A stretch of DNA of 64,000 bases from Escherichia coli (GTDB lineage Bacteria; Pseudomonadota; Gammaproteobacteria; Enterobacterales; Enterobacteriaceae): the NCBI RefSeq assembly GCF_024502345.1, contig NZ_JALDNN010000001.1; one strand, written 5' to 3'. The translations under genes were made by a program, and so were the position numbers. The notes under the pieces were generated by a model that was not told the origin of the DNA, made no database searches, and was given only the letters and a program-made list of their open reading frames with translations. This document shows positions 1 through 12,041 of the stretch, in pieces (the first letter of the stretch is position 1; the number at the start of each line of letters is the position of its first letter).

Positions 1-1063
1 AGCAACGCCGTTTGCCCTTCAAGCTGAAGTGCCATGCGACTTAAGACATGACGCATAAGGGGCTGTTGGATCAATGGATTACCAAAAACATGGCGTTGAT
101 GTGCATGATAAATCGCCAGCGAAAATGCACGGCGCATCATGGCATGGCTACCCAGGGCGCAATCAAAACGCGTCATCCCCCCCATTTTCAGGATCAGACG
201 AATTCCTTCCCCTTCCTGCCCCAATAACCAGCCAATGGCATCCTGAAACTCCACTTCACAACTGGCGTTAGAGCGATTACCCAGCTTATCTTTCAGCCGC
301 TCGAGGCGAATCGCGTTGCGTTGCCCGTCAGGCAAAAAGCGCGGCACAAAAAAGCAGGACAGACCGCCCGCGGTCTGCGCCAGCACCAGATGCGCATCGC
401 TTTGCGGCACCGAGAAAAACCATTTATGCCCCACCAGCCGATAAGAGCCATCTTCCAAACGCTCTGCACGGGTGGTGTTGCTCATGACATCGGAACCGCC
501 CTGCTTTTCCGTCATTCCCATGCCAATCAACAAACCGCGTTTTTGCCCACCTGGCAATAAGTGAGAATCGTAGCGATCGCTCAGCAGCGGCGTGGTCCAG
601 TCCTGAAACGGCGTGGGTAACATCTGTAACAACAATGGCGTGGCGGCAAAGGTCATCGTTATTGGACATAACGACCCAGCCTCAACCTGCGCATGTAACA
701 TAAAACGCGCCGCGCGCGCCACAAATGCGCCGGAGCGAGCGTCTTCTTCCCAGGCAAGATTGTGCACCCGATTGGTACATAGCGCCTGCATCAGCAGGTG
801 CCAGGCGGGGTGAAAACGCACATCGTCCAGACGGCGTCCTTGCGCATCGTAGCGCAATAATTCAGGCGGATTCACATTCGCCAGCCGCCCCAGTTCAAGG
901 GATTCAGCCGTTCCTAACTGCTGACCAATACTGGCTAGAAAATCGCTATCCCAGCCAGCACCTTCACGCGTTAACGCTTCGCAGAGCGCGCCATCAGACA
1001 GGTATAAGTTGCTGTTATTTAATGGTATAGGTTGATTAAAAACGGTGTGAGTTTGCCAGTGCA
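1..1063 (-). CDS. aidB: AidB, isovaleryl-CoA dehydrogenase-like adaptive response protein (5' part only; runs off left edge)
   Basis: Minus-strand translation from a GTG at 1061-1063 reads VHWQTHTVFNQPIPLNNSNLYLSDGALCEALTREGAGW, matching the AidB N-terminus as I recall it; no stop before the window edge. Confidence 0.8.
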
Positions 1064-1147
1064 CTGTGTCTCCCTCCATCAATGGCAGTCACCATTAGTA
1101 TGGTCACTGCCACGGATTCCTGACAGAAAGAGATTGCTAAAACATTC

Positions 1148-2311
1148 TTAGCCAGCAATGTAATGCGGAACAAAACGCGAAGTGTCTTTAGTGATCAGCG
1201 TGTTATCTTCGCGGATACCCATACCGCACGCTTCATCATCGACAATCCAGCTACCAATCAGCGTATAACTATCGCCAAATCGCGGTAGCGGTTGAAACGC
1301 CTGGTAGATCATCGGTTCATCGGCGTAATCACCATCAGCGTGGTCAACAACGTTATTCTTGCCGTCAAAAATGGTGACGTTGCCGCCTTCGCGCGAATAG
1401 ATTGGTTTACGCACATAGCTTTCGCCAGCGGCAATCTGCGGTTTCTCGCCATCGAACCAGGACGCAAGAAGATTAGGATGACCAGGAAAGAAGCGCCAAA
1501 GCAGCGGCATTAACCCTTTGTTGCTCAAAATACTTTTCCATAACGGTTCCACCCATTGCTCGCGACGCTTGCGCAGCAGCGGACCGTTATCGTCACGCAT
1601 CATCCACTCCAGCGGATACAGCTTAAATGCACGCTGGATGACATTATCATCAAGATCGGTCAGTACGCCGCCGACGCCCAAACCGAGATCTTCAATGTAG
1701 ATAAACCGCGACTCCTGCCCTGCCTGCTGGGCGCAGTCCTGCAAGTACAGCACGGTACTCCTGTCTTCATCGGTGTCCTGACAGCAGCAAAAATAAAACG
1801 GTTCCCGACTGTAAAGCTCGCTAAAGCGTGAAATCAGGCGTTCCTGAATAGCATTGTACTGATCGGCATCACGCGGAATAATGCCGCTGCGCCGGGCATC
1901 CTCCAGCCACAGCCACTGGAAATAAGCCGACTCGTACAATGAAGTTGGCGTATCGGCGTTGTACTCCAGCAGCTTCACCGGCGCATTGCCACACCAGGCA
2001 AAATCCATCCGTCCATACAGCGAAGGATCGCGGGCGCGCCAGCTTTCAGCGATCACATCCCAGTACAACGGCGGGATCGCCAGTTGCGTCAGGATCTCTT
2101 CATCTTTTACCGCGCGATCCACCACCTCAAGGCACATCTGATGCAGTTCCGCAGTCGGTTTTTCGATCTGCTCTTCAATCTGGCGCAGAGTAAAGCGGTA
2201 AGCCCGACTCTCATCCCAATAGATTTCATTGTCGATGATATGAAAGTCGAAACCGTTGTCAGCAGCGATCTGGTCCAGATCCCGTCGCACAGGAACGTTG
2301 TGTCTCAGCAT
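1148..2311 (-). CDS. yjfC: Glutathionylspermidine synthase-like ATP-grasp protein
   Basis: ORF 1148..2326; start set at the internal Met (MLRHNVPVRRDLDQ...) giving 387 aa; synteny next to yjfM. Confidence 0.8.
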   Translation of the reverse strand: MLRHNVPVRRDLDQIAADNGFDFHIIDNEIYWDESRAYRFTLRQIEEQIEKPTAELHQMCLEVVDRAVKDEEILTQLAIPPLYWDVIAESWRARDPSLYGRMDFAWCGNAPVKLLEYNADTPTSLYESAYFQWLWLEDARRSGIIPRDADQYNAIQERLISRFSELYSREPFYFCCCQDTDEDRSTVLYLQDCAQQAGQESRFIYIEDLGLGVGGVLTDLDDNVIQRAFKLYPLEWMMRDDNGPLLRKRREQWVEPLWKSILSNKGLMPLLWRFFPGHPNLLASWFDGEKPQIAAGESYVRKPIYSREGGNVTIFDGKNNVVDHADGDYADEPMIYQAFQPLPRFGDSYTLIGSWIVDDEACGMGIREDNTLITKDTSRFVPHYIAG

Positions 2312-2313
2312 GA

Positions 2314-2952
2314 TTAGCCTCCCCAATGCCCACGGGCGCTGGAAGAACGACCATAGCCGCCGCGAGAAACGGTTGACGCTTTTTTGGTGGTAAAGCCGCC
2401 TGAAGAGTAAGACTCTTTTTTGCCAGAACCGGAGCGCCAGGAGTAATCACCGGAAGTGTTGCGCCAGACGGGGCGGGAAGCAAATGAGGATCCGCCGCTG
2501 TTATAGACGAACGGCTCATCGCGATCTTTACGAATAACCCGGCTTAACAAAAATCCAGAAACGACCGGGATCCAACTCTGTTCAACATTGTCGTAGTAGC
2601 AATTTTCGTACTTAGACTGACAGTTCTGCTGAGTCATATTCTTCGGAACATCGGCATAAAATGCCGCTTTGGCGTTGTTCCAGCCACGCGCGCAAATGTC
2701 GGCATTATTACCGTCATCAATACAATCCTGCACTGTCGAATAAAACGTTCCGTCGCCGTCGTTATCGACATCGCCACTATCGCCACAACCTTTCAATACA
2801 AAAAAAGCGGCACCGCCCATTAGCGCCAACGTTAAGTATTTTTGTGCGTAGCGATTGCGACGCGGTTCAAAAGGATTATTCGGTCTACCAATGCGACTGA
2901 TCGCCCCGTGACCAATTTTACTGTTATTTCTTGATTTGCGTTTTCTGGCCAT
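2314..2952 (-). CDS. yjfM: Conserved protein YjfM (Gly/Ser-rich C-terminus)
   Basis: 212-aa ORF; position in the yjfI-yjfC cluster. Confidence 0.75.
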   Translation of the reverse strand: MARKRKSRNNSKIGHGAISRIGRPNNPFEPRRNRYAQKYLTLALMGGAAFFVLKGCGDSGDVDNDGDGTFYSTVQDCIDDGNNADICARGWNNAKAAFYADVPKNMTQQNCQSKYENCYYDNVEQSWIPVVSGFLLSRVIRKDRDEPFVYNSGGSSFASRPVWRNTSGDYSWRSGSGKKESYSSGGFTTKKASTVSRGGYGRSSSARGHWGG

Positions 2953-2961
2953 GATCGTCCA

Positions 2962-3360
2962 TTACCATGTCATACAGGCTGCGTTAAAAATACCGCCAGC
3001 CAGTGCGGCGGTTCCCATAAACATTCCTGCAGCGGTATTGTGATTAATAATTTTTTCGCTTAATGCGGGCATATAAAGTCTGACACCAGCAAAAACGAGT
3101 AACTGAATCACCAGTGCAATCCCGCCCCAGGCGAAATAGTCTGGAATACTCACCGCATTGATTGCCGCACTGGATAAGGGGATCACGTAACCCAACAATG
3201 TACCGCTGAATGCCAGTGACGCCGCGGTATTATTGTTTTTGATTAATTGCCATTCGTTGTGCGGTGTAATTTTGGAGTAGATAAACAGAAAAATAATCAC
3301 CATAGCCACGCCAATAAAAAAATAGGCACTAAAGGCAAGAAGTGAATCCAGTATATGCAT
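2962..3360 (-). CDS. yjfL: Small inner-membrane protein YjfL
   Basis: ORF 2962..3441; start at MHILDSLLAFSAYFFIG gives 132 aa; hydrophobic. Confidence 0.75.
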   Translation of the reverse strand: MHILDSLLAFSAYFFIGVAMVIIFLFIYSKITPHNEWQLIKNNNTAASLAFSGTLLGYVIPLSSAAINAVSIPDYFAWGGIALVIQLLVFAGVRLYMPALSEKIINHNTAAGMFMGTAALAGGIFNAACMTW

Positions 3361-3377
3361 TGTAAACGTCCTTGTAA

Positions 3378-4037
3378 TTAACCAATAATATGAAGTGATG
3401 TCAGCGGGATATCGACACCCAACGCGCGCGAAAATAACCACTCTGGCTCGCCGAGATCGTTAAAAGATTCCTCACCATTTAATAGCAAATATTCGTAAGT
3501 ATCTTCAGTCACTTGCCGTTGGTAGCCCATGGTAAAATTATGGAGCTCCCATTTAGCATGATTTTGATTTTCTACTTTTTCCAGCATGTAGACGGGTTCG
3601 ATATTTCCCGGTTCTTCGCTGTTAAAAAATCGCTGCCAGCGTTTTTCCTGCCAGTTTAAGGTCATTGCCCCCATCGTTTTGGCGTTGATCGCCTCGCGCC
3701 AGTGACTCTCTTTACTGATACCGTAGCTCTCTTCATAGACAAAGAGCTTGATATCATCAATGTCATCAATATCTTCGCCGCCGGTGGTATTGATTTGCAG
3801 AAACTCATCGCCTGAAGTGTAGTAGCGGAAAATCTGACTACCGCCGCCCAGATCGATGTGGCTGACAGCGGCTACCGTAAATTCCTCACCCGGCAGCGCA
3901 ATCAGCAATTCATCTTCCAGCAAACGAAACGCTAACGTGTCGAGCGTAAAGCCACTATTGAGATGAAGTCCCAGCGGACCGCGAGCGATAGCAGGCTTAT
4001 TATCCTTGCCAAACAGACGCTGGAAAAAACCAGACAT
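3378..4037 (-). CDS. yjfK: Conserved protein YjfK
   Basis: 219-aa ORF, synteny. Confidence 0.75.
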   Translation of the reverse strand: MSGFFQRLFGKDNKPAIARGPLGLHLNSGFTLDTLAFRLLEDELLIALPGEEFTVAAVSHIDLGGGSQIFRYYTSGDEFLQINTTGGEDIDDIDDIKLFVYEESYGISKESHWREAINAKTMGAMTLNWQEKRWQRFFNSEEPGNIEPVYMLEKVENQNHAKWELHNFTMGYQRQVTEDTYEYLLLNGEESFNDLGEPEWLFSRALGVDIPLTSLHIIG

Positions 4038-4086
4038 ATTTTATCCTTAAAATAGTTACCAGCCTTGCAGTGAGGCTGGCAAAAAA

Positions 4087-4785
4087 TTACTCGCCCTGTT
4101 GGCGTTGCAGTCTTGCTAATACATCCTGGGCGCTACTTTTATTGCTACCGCCAATTCCGGCTTCCGCCAGCTTTTCGTCAAGGTCGCGACCGTCTGCGAC
4201 TTTCTCCAACCGTGCGGCAGCATCCAGGCGAGCCTGACGTTCGGCCTGACGCGTTTGCAGGCGTTTTAAGGATTCTGCCGCTGTCGAAACGCTGGAAGAT
4301 GCGCCAACGGTAGAGGTTGTTACAGCCTGTTGTGCACGCTGCATGGCTTCAGTGGCTTTAACGACTTCCATTTGCTGCTCAAACTGAGCGATACGCTGCG
4401 CTGTCGCTGTAACTGCTTTTTCCACGCCATCACGGGAGACTTCCAGATTCGACAACACTTGCTCTTCAGCGGTAATGAGATTCTCAAGGCGCGCGATTTC
4501 TTCAGCAACTTCGTTAATCAACGACGGATTAACGTTCTTGCTTAACGCTTCCAGCGCACGGGCTTCCAGACTGGCTTTGCGCTCACGTAAATCTTTCAGC
4601 TTATCGTGACTTAATTTCACCCGCGCCAGCAGATCAACGCGAGATTTTCCGGCTTTATCGAGTTCAGCTTTAGCGTCACGAATATGCTGTTCCAGCATGC
4701 GCACACCCTGGGTTTCTTCAATGGACTCTTCCGCCTGGGAGATAAACGATTTCCCCAGCGTAAATAAACTTTTTAAAATTCCCAT
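4087..4785 (-). CDS. yjfJ: PspA/IM30-family coiled-coil protein
   Basis: 232-aa ORF, coiled-coil-rich sequence, synteny. Confidence 0.8.
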   Translation of the reverse strand: MGILKSLFTLGKSFISQAEESIEETQGVRMLEQHIRDAKAELDKAGKSRVDLLARVKLSHDKLKDLRERKASLEARALEALSKNVNPSLINEVAEEIARLENLITAEEQVLSNLEVSRDGVEKAVTATAQRIAQFEQQMEVVKATEAMQRAQQAVTTSTVGASSSVSTAAESLKRLQTRQAERQARLDAAARLEKVADGRDLDEKLAEAGIGGSNKSSAQDVLARLQRQQGE

Positions 4786-4803
4786 AAATACCCGTCCTTG
4801 TAA

Positions 4804-5205
4804 TTAGTGTGAATATTCTTCTGTAATTTCAGCCAGATCCAATGCGTTATCTACCAGCGAGGTTATCTCAAGCAGGATATCTTCAAGAGAAGATTTAAGC
4901 GATAACGCCCCGAAAACAATGTAATACTCTTCCTGTTGCACGCTGGAGATTCCTACCGATGACAACGGCATCATCTTCTGATTTCTTAATAAGAAGGTAT
5001 TAAATTCATCTGGATTTCTGATACTACTTACCGGACAAATAAAGGTTTCGATAATCATTTGGCGGGAAGTAAAAAGAATATTGATTTGCAAATCGCCATA
5101 ATCATTCATTTTAATAATTAATGCGTTCTCGCTATTTGTTACATCAATATTTTGTTCAGGTACAGTTTGCAGCGCCGTCGCCAGCGCCAACGGATTCCAT
5201 GTCAT
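4804..5205 (-). CDS. yjfI: Conserved protein YjfI
   Basis: 133-aa ORF, synteny. Confidence 0.75.
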   Translation of the reverse strand: MTWNPLALATALQTVPEQNIDVTNSENALIIKMNDYGDLQINILFTSRQMIIETFICPVSSIRNPDEFNTFLLRNQKMMPLSSVGISSVQQEEYYIVFGALSLKSSLEDILLEITSLVDNALDLAEITEEYSH

Positions 5206-5331
5206 ATATTATTCCATATAGATTAAGTTTAAATATTAATAAAATGAATATTTGCAATACGTAATTATCTTACCAGCTATAGACAAAAAAAAACCATCCA
5301 AATCTGGATGGCTTTTCATAATTCAGAGGAA

Positions 5332-6063
5332 CTAGCTGCGCTGACGAACCGCTTCAAATAAGCAAATTCCGGTTGCAACCGAAACGTTCAGAGAAGAAAC
5401 ACTTCCTGCCATTGGGATGCTGATCAACTCATCGCAATGTTCACGGGTCAGGCGACGCATACCTTCACCTTCCGCGCCCATCACCAGCGCCAGGCGTCCG
5501 GTCATTTTGCTCTGATAGAGTGTATGATCCGCCTCACCTGCCGTACCGACGATCCAGATATTCTCTTCCTGCAACATACGCATGGTGCGCGCAAGGTTAG
5601 TCACCCGAATCAGTGGAACGCTTTCTGCCGCGCCGCAGGCTACTTTTTTCGCCGTGGCGTTGAGCTGTGCGGAGCGATCTTTCGGCACAATCACCGCGTG
5701 AACGCCAGCAGCGTCCGCGCTACGCAGGCACGCGCCGAGGTTGTGCGGATCGGTTACACCGTCGAGGATCAGCAGGAACGGTTGATCGAGCGAAGCGATC
5801 AGATCCGGCAGATCGTTTTCCTGATACTGACGTCCTGGCTTCACGCGGGCGATAATGCCCTGATGCACGGCACCGTCGCTTTTCTCGTCGAGATATTGGC
5901 GGTTTGCCAACTGGATAACCACGCCCTGAGACTCAAGGGCGTGAATCAGCGGTAACAGACGTTTATCTTCACGGCCTTTTAAAATAAAGACTTCCTGAAA
6001 ACGTTCAGGGGCGCGCTCCAGCAGGGCCTGCACTGCGTGGATGCCGTAAATCATTTCGCTCAT
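5332..6063 (-). CDS. rlmB: 23S rRNA (guanosine-2'-O-)-methyltransferase RlmB
   Basis: 243-aa ORF, SpoU/TrmH-type sequence, immediately downstream of rnr. Confidence 0.9.
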
Positions 6064-6087
6064 TAATGTACTCGTTGTTTACGTTTT

Positions 6088-6188
6088 GCCTGATGCACTA
6101 CGTTTATCCGGCCTACATGATCCCTGCAATATATTGAATTTGCGTGATTATGTAGGCCGGATAAGGCGTTCACGCCGCATCCGGCATG
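6088..6188. repeat. REP/BIME palindromic elements
   Basis: Inverted copies of the gcctgatgc...ttatccggcctaca REP consensus between rlmB and rnr. Confidence 0.7.
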
Positions 6189-6243
6189 AACAAAGCGCAT
6201 TTTGTCAGCAATCTAACCCTCTTCTGTTTGAAGAGGGTAATGA

Positions 6244-8685
6244 TCACTCTGCCACTTTTTTCTTCGCCGCACGCTTCGCTTTGGTCGCTGCGGCTATTTT
6301 CTGCGTTTTCGCCGATGGCTTTTTCGCTTTTCTCGCGTCTTTCTTCGCTGCTTTCGGCTTCGTTTTTTTCTCACCGCGGAAGGCGCTGTCTGGCTCAAAG
6401 TTTACCTTTTTACCGACCTGACGACGCTTGCCGCTTTTTTTGCCTGCATCGCCTTTTTTCGCTTTCTCGCGCGCCGTTTTACCGACGTTGCGCGGTGCGC
6501 GTTCGCTGGAGATCAGGCTAAAGTCGATTTTGCGCTCGTCCATATTAACCGCTTCGACGCGAACTTCCACGCGATCGCCCAGACGATAAGTCTGGCCGCT
6601 GGATTCACCCATCAGCCGTTGCCCTACCTGGTCAAAGCGATAGTAGTCATTGTCCAGCGAAGAGACATGGACCAGACCATCAATGAATAAGTCGTCCAGA
6701 CGGACAAAGAATCCAAAGCCAGTGACGCTGGAAATTACGCCTTTAAAGACGTTACCTACCTGGTCGAGCATGAAGTCACACTTCAGCCAGTCAGCCACAT
6801 CGCGCGTTGCTTCGTCGGCACGACGTTCCGCCATCGAACAGTGCTGACCCAGTTGCAGCATTTCTTCCATCGAATAATGGTAGCCGCCGGTTTCAGTGGT
6901 GTTGCCCTGATGCCCCTGCTCTTTCGCCAGCAGATATTTAATGGCGCGGTGCAGCGTCAGGTCTGGATAACGACGAATCGGCGAAGTAAAGTGCGCATAG
7001 GACTGCAATGCCAGGCCAAAGTGACCACGGTTTTCTGGATCGTAAATCGCCTGTTTCATCGAGCGCAGCAGCATGGTTTGCAGCATTTCTGCATCAGGAC
7101 GATCGGCAACCGACTCCAGCAGCTCCGCGTAGTCACGCGGTTCCGGCTTGTTACCGCCCGGCAGTTCCAGCCCCAGCTCCGCCAGTACTGAACGGAAAGA
7201 GGTAATCGCTTCGGTGCTCGGCTTGTCGTGAATACGGAACAATGCTGGTTCTTTGGCTTTCTCAACGAAACGCGCCGCCGAGATATTCGCCAGAATCATG
7301 CACTCTTCAATTAACTTGTGTGCGTCGTTACGCTGAGTCTGTTCGATACGCTCAATACGGCGTTCAGCGTTGAAAATAAACTTCGCTTCTTCGCTCTCAA
7401 ATGAGATCCCGCCACGTTCTTCACGGGCTTTATCCAGCACTTTATAGAGGTTATGCAACTCTTCGAGATGCTTAACCAGCGGAGCGTACTGCTCGCGCAG
7501 ATCCTGATCGCCCTGCAGAATATGCCAGACTTTGGTGTAGGTCAGACGCGCGTGAGAGCTCATCACCGCTTCGTAGAATTTGTAGCCCGTCAGGCGGCCT
7601 TTCGACGAAACCGTCATCTCGCACACCATACACAGGCGGTCTACCTGCGGATTGAGCGAGCACAGACCGTTAGAGAGCACTTCCGGCAGCATCGGGATAA
7701 CCTGCGAAGGGAAGTACACCGACGTACCACGATTACGCGCTTCTCTATCCAGCGGCGTTGGCGGACGCACATAGTAGCTGACGTCGGCAATCGCGACCCA
7801 TAAACGCCAGCCGCCGCCGCGTTTTTTCTCGCAGTAAACCGCATCGTCAAAGTCACGGGCGTCTTCGCCATCAATGGTGACCAGCGGTAAATCGCGCAAA
7901 TCGACACGGCCCGCTTTTGCTTCTTCCGGCACTTCTTCTTTCAGCCCGGCAACCTGTTGCTCAACAGCCTGCGGCCAGATGTACGGAATTTCATGGGTAC
8001 GCAGAGCGATATCAACCGCCATGCCGGTGCCCATATTGTCGCCCAGCACTTCGACGATTTTACCCACCGCTTTGGTACGGCGAGTCGGGCGTTGGGTCAG
8101 TTCAACAACCACCACAAAGCCCATCCGCGCGCCCATGATCTGATCGGGCGGGATTAAGATATCGAAGCTCAGACGGCTATCGTCAGGAACCACAAAGCCG
8201 ACGCCCGCTTCGGTAAAGTAGCGACCAACAATCTGGCTGGTTTTTGGCACCAGTACGCGGACAATACGCGCTTCACGACGACCTTTACGGTCAGCACCCA
8301 GCGGCTGAGCCAGCACCTGATCGCCATGAATGCAGGTTTTCATCTGCTCGCTGGAGAGATACAAATCATCTTTACGCCCTTCAACCCGCAGAAAGCCGTA
8401 GCCATCACGGTGGCCAATAACGGTACCTTTCACCAGGTCGAGGCGTTCCGGCAGCGCATAGCACTGACGACGAGTGAAGACCAGTTGACCATCGCGCTCC
8501 ATCGCGCGCAGGCGGCGACGCAGGCCTTCAAGCTGCTCTTCGCCTTCAATGTGCAGTTCTACCGCCAGCTCATCACGGCTGGCCGGTTTTTCACGTTTGG
8601 TTAAATGTTCGAGGATAAATTCCCGACTAGGGATGGGATTCGCGTATTTTTCAGCTTCGCGTTCCTGGAAAGGATCTTGTGACAT
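6244..8685 (-). CDS. rnr: Ribonuclease R
   Basis: ORF 6244..8727; start set at [23 protein letters not shown] (813 aa); S1 domain and Lys-rich C-terminal tail. Confidence 0.9.
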   Translation of the reverse strand: MSQDPFQEREAEKYANPIPSREFILEHLTKREKPASRDELAVELHIEGEEQLEGLRRRLRAMERDGQLVFTRRQCYALPERLDLVKGTVIGHRDGYGFLRVEGRKDDLYLSSEQMKTCIHGDQVLAQPLGADRKGRREARIVRVLVPKTSQIVGRYFTEAGVGFVVPDDSRLSFDILIPPDQIMGARMGFVVVVELTQRPTRRTKAVGKIVEVLGDNMGTGMAVDIALRTHEIPYIWPQAVEQQVAGLKEEVPEEAKAGRVDLRDLPLVTIDGEDARDFDDAVYCEKKRGGGWRLWVAIADVSYYVRPPTPLDREARNRGTSVYFPSQVIPMLPEVLSNGLCSLNPQVDRLCMVCEMTVSSKGRLTGYKFYEAVMSSHARLTYTKVWHILQGDQDLREQYAPLVKHLEELHNLYKVLDKAREERGGISFESEEAKFIFNAERRIERIEQTQRNDAHKLIEECMILANISAARFVEKAKEPALFRIHDKPSTEAITSFRSVLAELGLELPGGNKPEPRDYAELLESVADRPDAEMLQTMLLRSMKQAIYDPENRGHFGLALQSYAHFTSPIRRYPDLTLHRAIKYLLAKEQGHQGNTTETGGYHYSMEEMLQLGQHCSMAERRADEATRDVADWLKCDFMLDQVGNVFKGVISSVTGFGFFVRLDDLFIDGLVHVSSLDNDYYRFDQVGQRLMGESSGQTYRLGDRVEVRVEAVNMDERKIDFSLISSERAPRNVGKTAREKAKKGDAGKKSGKRRQVGKKVNFEPDSAFRGEKKTKPKAAKKDARKAKKPSAKTQKIAAATKAKRAAKKKVAE

Positions 8686-8723
8686 CTCGGTTCCTCCGTT
8701 GTCATCTCTGATGAAGATTTTCG

Positions 8724-9149
8724 TCACTCCACCAGCAATAATTTATAAAGCGGTTGATTCTCTTCAACCAAATCGGCAAGCGTGTAGTTATCCAGTTCCG
8801 TAAGAAAACTTTGCACGGCCTTAGAAAGCGCCTGTTTCAACCGACAGGCAGGTGTAATGTGGCAAAACTCACTGCTGCAATTCACCAGCGATAAGGGCTC
8901 CAGCTCGCGCACCACATCACCAATACGTATCGCACTCGCCGGTTTACCCAGGCGAATGCCGCCATTTTTTCCACGAACAGCAGTCACGTAGCCGGCACGA
9001 CTAAGTTGATTGATTATTTTGACCATATGATTACGGGAGACGCCGTAGACGTCAGTCACTTCAGAAATACTGGTCATCCGCCCTTCTGGCAATGACGCCA
9101 TGTAGATCAGCGCACGTAATCCGTAATCAGTGAAACTCGTTAACTGCAC
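8724..9149 (-). CDS. nsrR: Nitric-oxide-sensing transcriptional repressor NsrR (Rrf2 family)
   Basis: 141-aa ORF beginning [18 protein letters not shown]; stop overlaps the rnr upstream region. Confidence 0.9.
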
Positions 9150-9353
9150 ATCAACCTCAAAAGGGAAATCGGGAAAAAATACATTTATATTGATGATAAA
9201 CCAGCCACAAGCTGTGTCGCTAATTTATTTCAGTTCGGGGAAGGAAAAAAGCGAGGATTTAACACTGTGTCGGATAGCGTAATGGCTTAACCGACACAGC
9301 AATGTATCACACTGTTAGCCCGGCAGGCAAAATATCTGCCAGGCGTACCAGAA

Positions 9354-10655
<1,302 letters not shown>

Positions 10656-10755
10656 TCAAAATCACCGTTTGCTTAAAAATGGATTCTACCATCGCTTTTT
10701 CAGAGTTACAGCACTTTTTGCACTCAAAAATGACCTCGATCAGTCTGTTTTTTGT

Positions 10756-10953
10756 TCAGCCAATCGTTTTCCTCAACATGTAGTAGACCACAACGCCCGC
10801 AACCACAAGTCCACCGCCAAAACGACGTAAAATATTATCGGGCAAATTGGTCATCGCAGAGATCATCTTCTTCCATGCCTTCGGGTAAAGCATCGGCCCT
10901 AAACCTTCCAGTACCAAAACCAGGGCAAGCGCCAGCCAGATTGTCGAATTCAT
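10756..10953 (-). CDS. yjeT: Small membrane protein YjeT
   Basis: 65-aa hydrophobic ORF between purA and hflC. Confidence 0.75.
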   Translation of the reverse strand: MNSTIWLALALVLVLEGLGPMLYPKAWKKMISAMTNLPDNILRRFGGGLVVAGVVVYYMLRKTIG

Positions 10954-11034
10954 TCATTATCCTTATAGAAAAAGAAAACCACCGACATCCCTGAGGATGC
11001 GGTGGCTTTATTGACCTGTACCGCAGTCGTTATA

Positions 11035-12039
11035 TTAACGCGTTGCGGAAGTCGGCGTCTTCATATAGCGGAAGAAATCGCTATCCGGGCTCATGACCAT
11101 CACGTCCTGATTGCCAGAGAAGCTGTTCTCATAAGCACGCAGGCTACGGATGAATGCGTAGAAGTCCGGATCTTTACTGAATGCATCAGCAAACAGTTTG
11201 GCTGCTTCGGCATCGCCTTCACCACGCATGATACGGCCCTGACGCTCAGCTTCTGCCAGCGTTCTGGTCACTTCATAGTCGGCAGTCGCGCGCAGTTTTT
11301 CCGCTTCTTCCTGACCTTGTGAACGGTGACGACGCGCTACCGCTTCACGCTCGGCGCGCATACGGTTGTAGATCGCTTCAGACACTTCGGTCGGCAGGTT
11401 GATCTGCTTGATACGCACATCGACAACTTCAATACCCAGCGCCGCCATACTGTTCGGGTTGATGACCGGAACTTTGCCCTTCGTCTCAGCCGTTACGCGC
11501 TCTGCCGCTTCGGCAATGGCGTTATCTGCCGCCGGGGTAGTAACTTCATCTTCTGTACCCGCAGAACCGGAGTTCAGCGCGTCACGTACTTCGAGGGTCA
11601 GACGACCACGGGAATCAGTGACGATATCTTTCACGTCCAGGCGACCAATTTCAGAACGCAGACGGTCAGAGAACTTACGTTTCAACAGCACTTCCGCTTG
11701 CGAAATGTCGCCACCACCCGTTGCCAGGTAGTAACGGCTGAAATCGCTGATGCGCCATTTGATGTAAGAGTCGACGATCAGGTCTTTCTTCTCTTTGGTC
11801 ACAAAGCGGTCGGCCTGGTTGTCCATGGTCTGAATACGTGCGTCGAGCATTTTCACCGTTTCAATGAACGGTATCTTGAAATGCAGACCCGGCTCATAAA
11901 CCAGAGGTTTGTTGTCATCGTCACGCAGTACCTTACCAAAACGCAGCGTAATACCGCGCTCACCTTCTTTGACGACAAAGACAGACATGTAAAGCACTAC
12001 CAGCACGATGATGATAATCGCGATAACTGACTTACGCAT
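11035..12039 (-). CDS. hflC: FtsH protease modulator HflC
   Basis: 334-aa ORF, SPFH/band-7 type sequence, operon with hflK. Confidence 0.9.
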   Translation of the reverse strand: MRKSVIAIIIIVLVVLYMSVFVVKEGERGITLRFGKVLRDDDNKPLVYEPGLHFKIPFIETVKMLDARIQTMDNQADRFVTKEKKDLIVDSYIKWRISDFSRYYLATGGGDISQAEVLLKRKFSDRLRSEIGRLDVKDIVTDSRGRLTLEVRDALNSGSAGTEDEVTTPAADNAIAEAAERVTAETKGKVPVINPNSMAALGIEVVDVRIKQINLPTEVSEAIYNRMRAEREAVARRHRSQGQEEAEKLRATADYEVTRTLAEAERQGRIMRGEGDAEAAKLFADAFSKDPDFYAFIRSLRAYENSFSGNQDVMVMSPDSDFFRYMKTPTSATR

Positions 12040-12041
12040 CG

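Noticed and set aside
4087-4785. PspA/IM30-like gene yjfJ with neighbouring small membrane proteins as a possible novel stress or defence module
   Set aside because: The yjfI-yjfM cluster is conserved core sequence in its standard chromosomal position, not accessory.
6088-6188. Palindromic repeats between rlmB and rnr (and at 40185-40293, 41486-41580) as possible att sites or CRISPR fragments
   Set aside because: They match the ordinary REP/BIME consensus found throughout E. coli intergenic regions.
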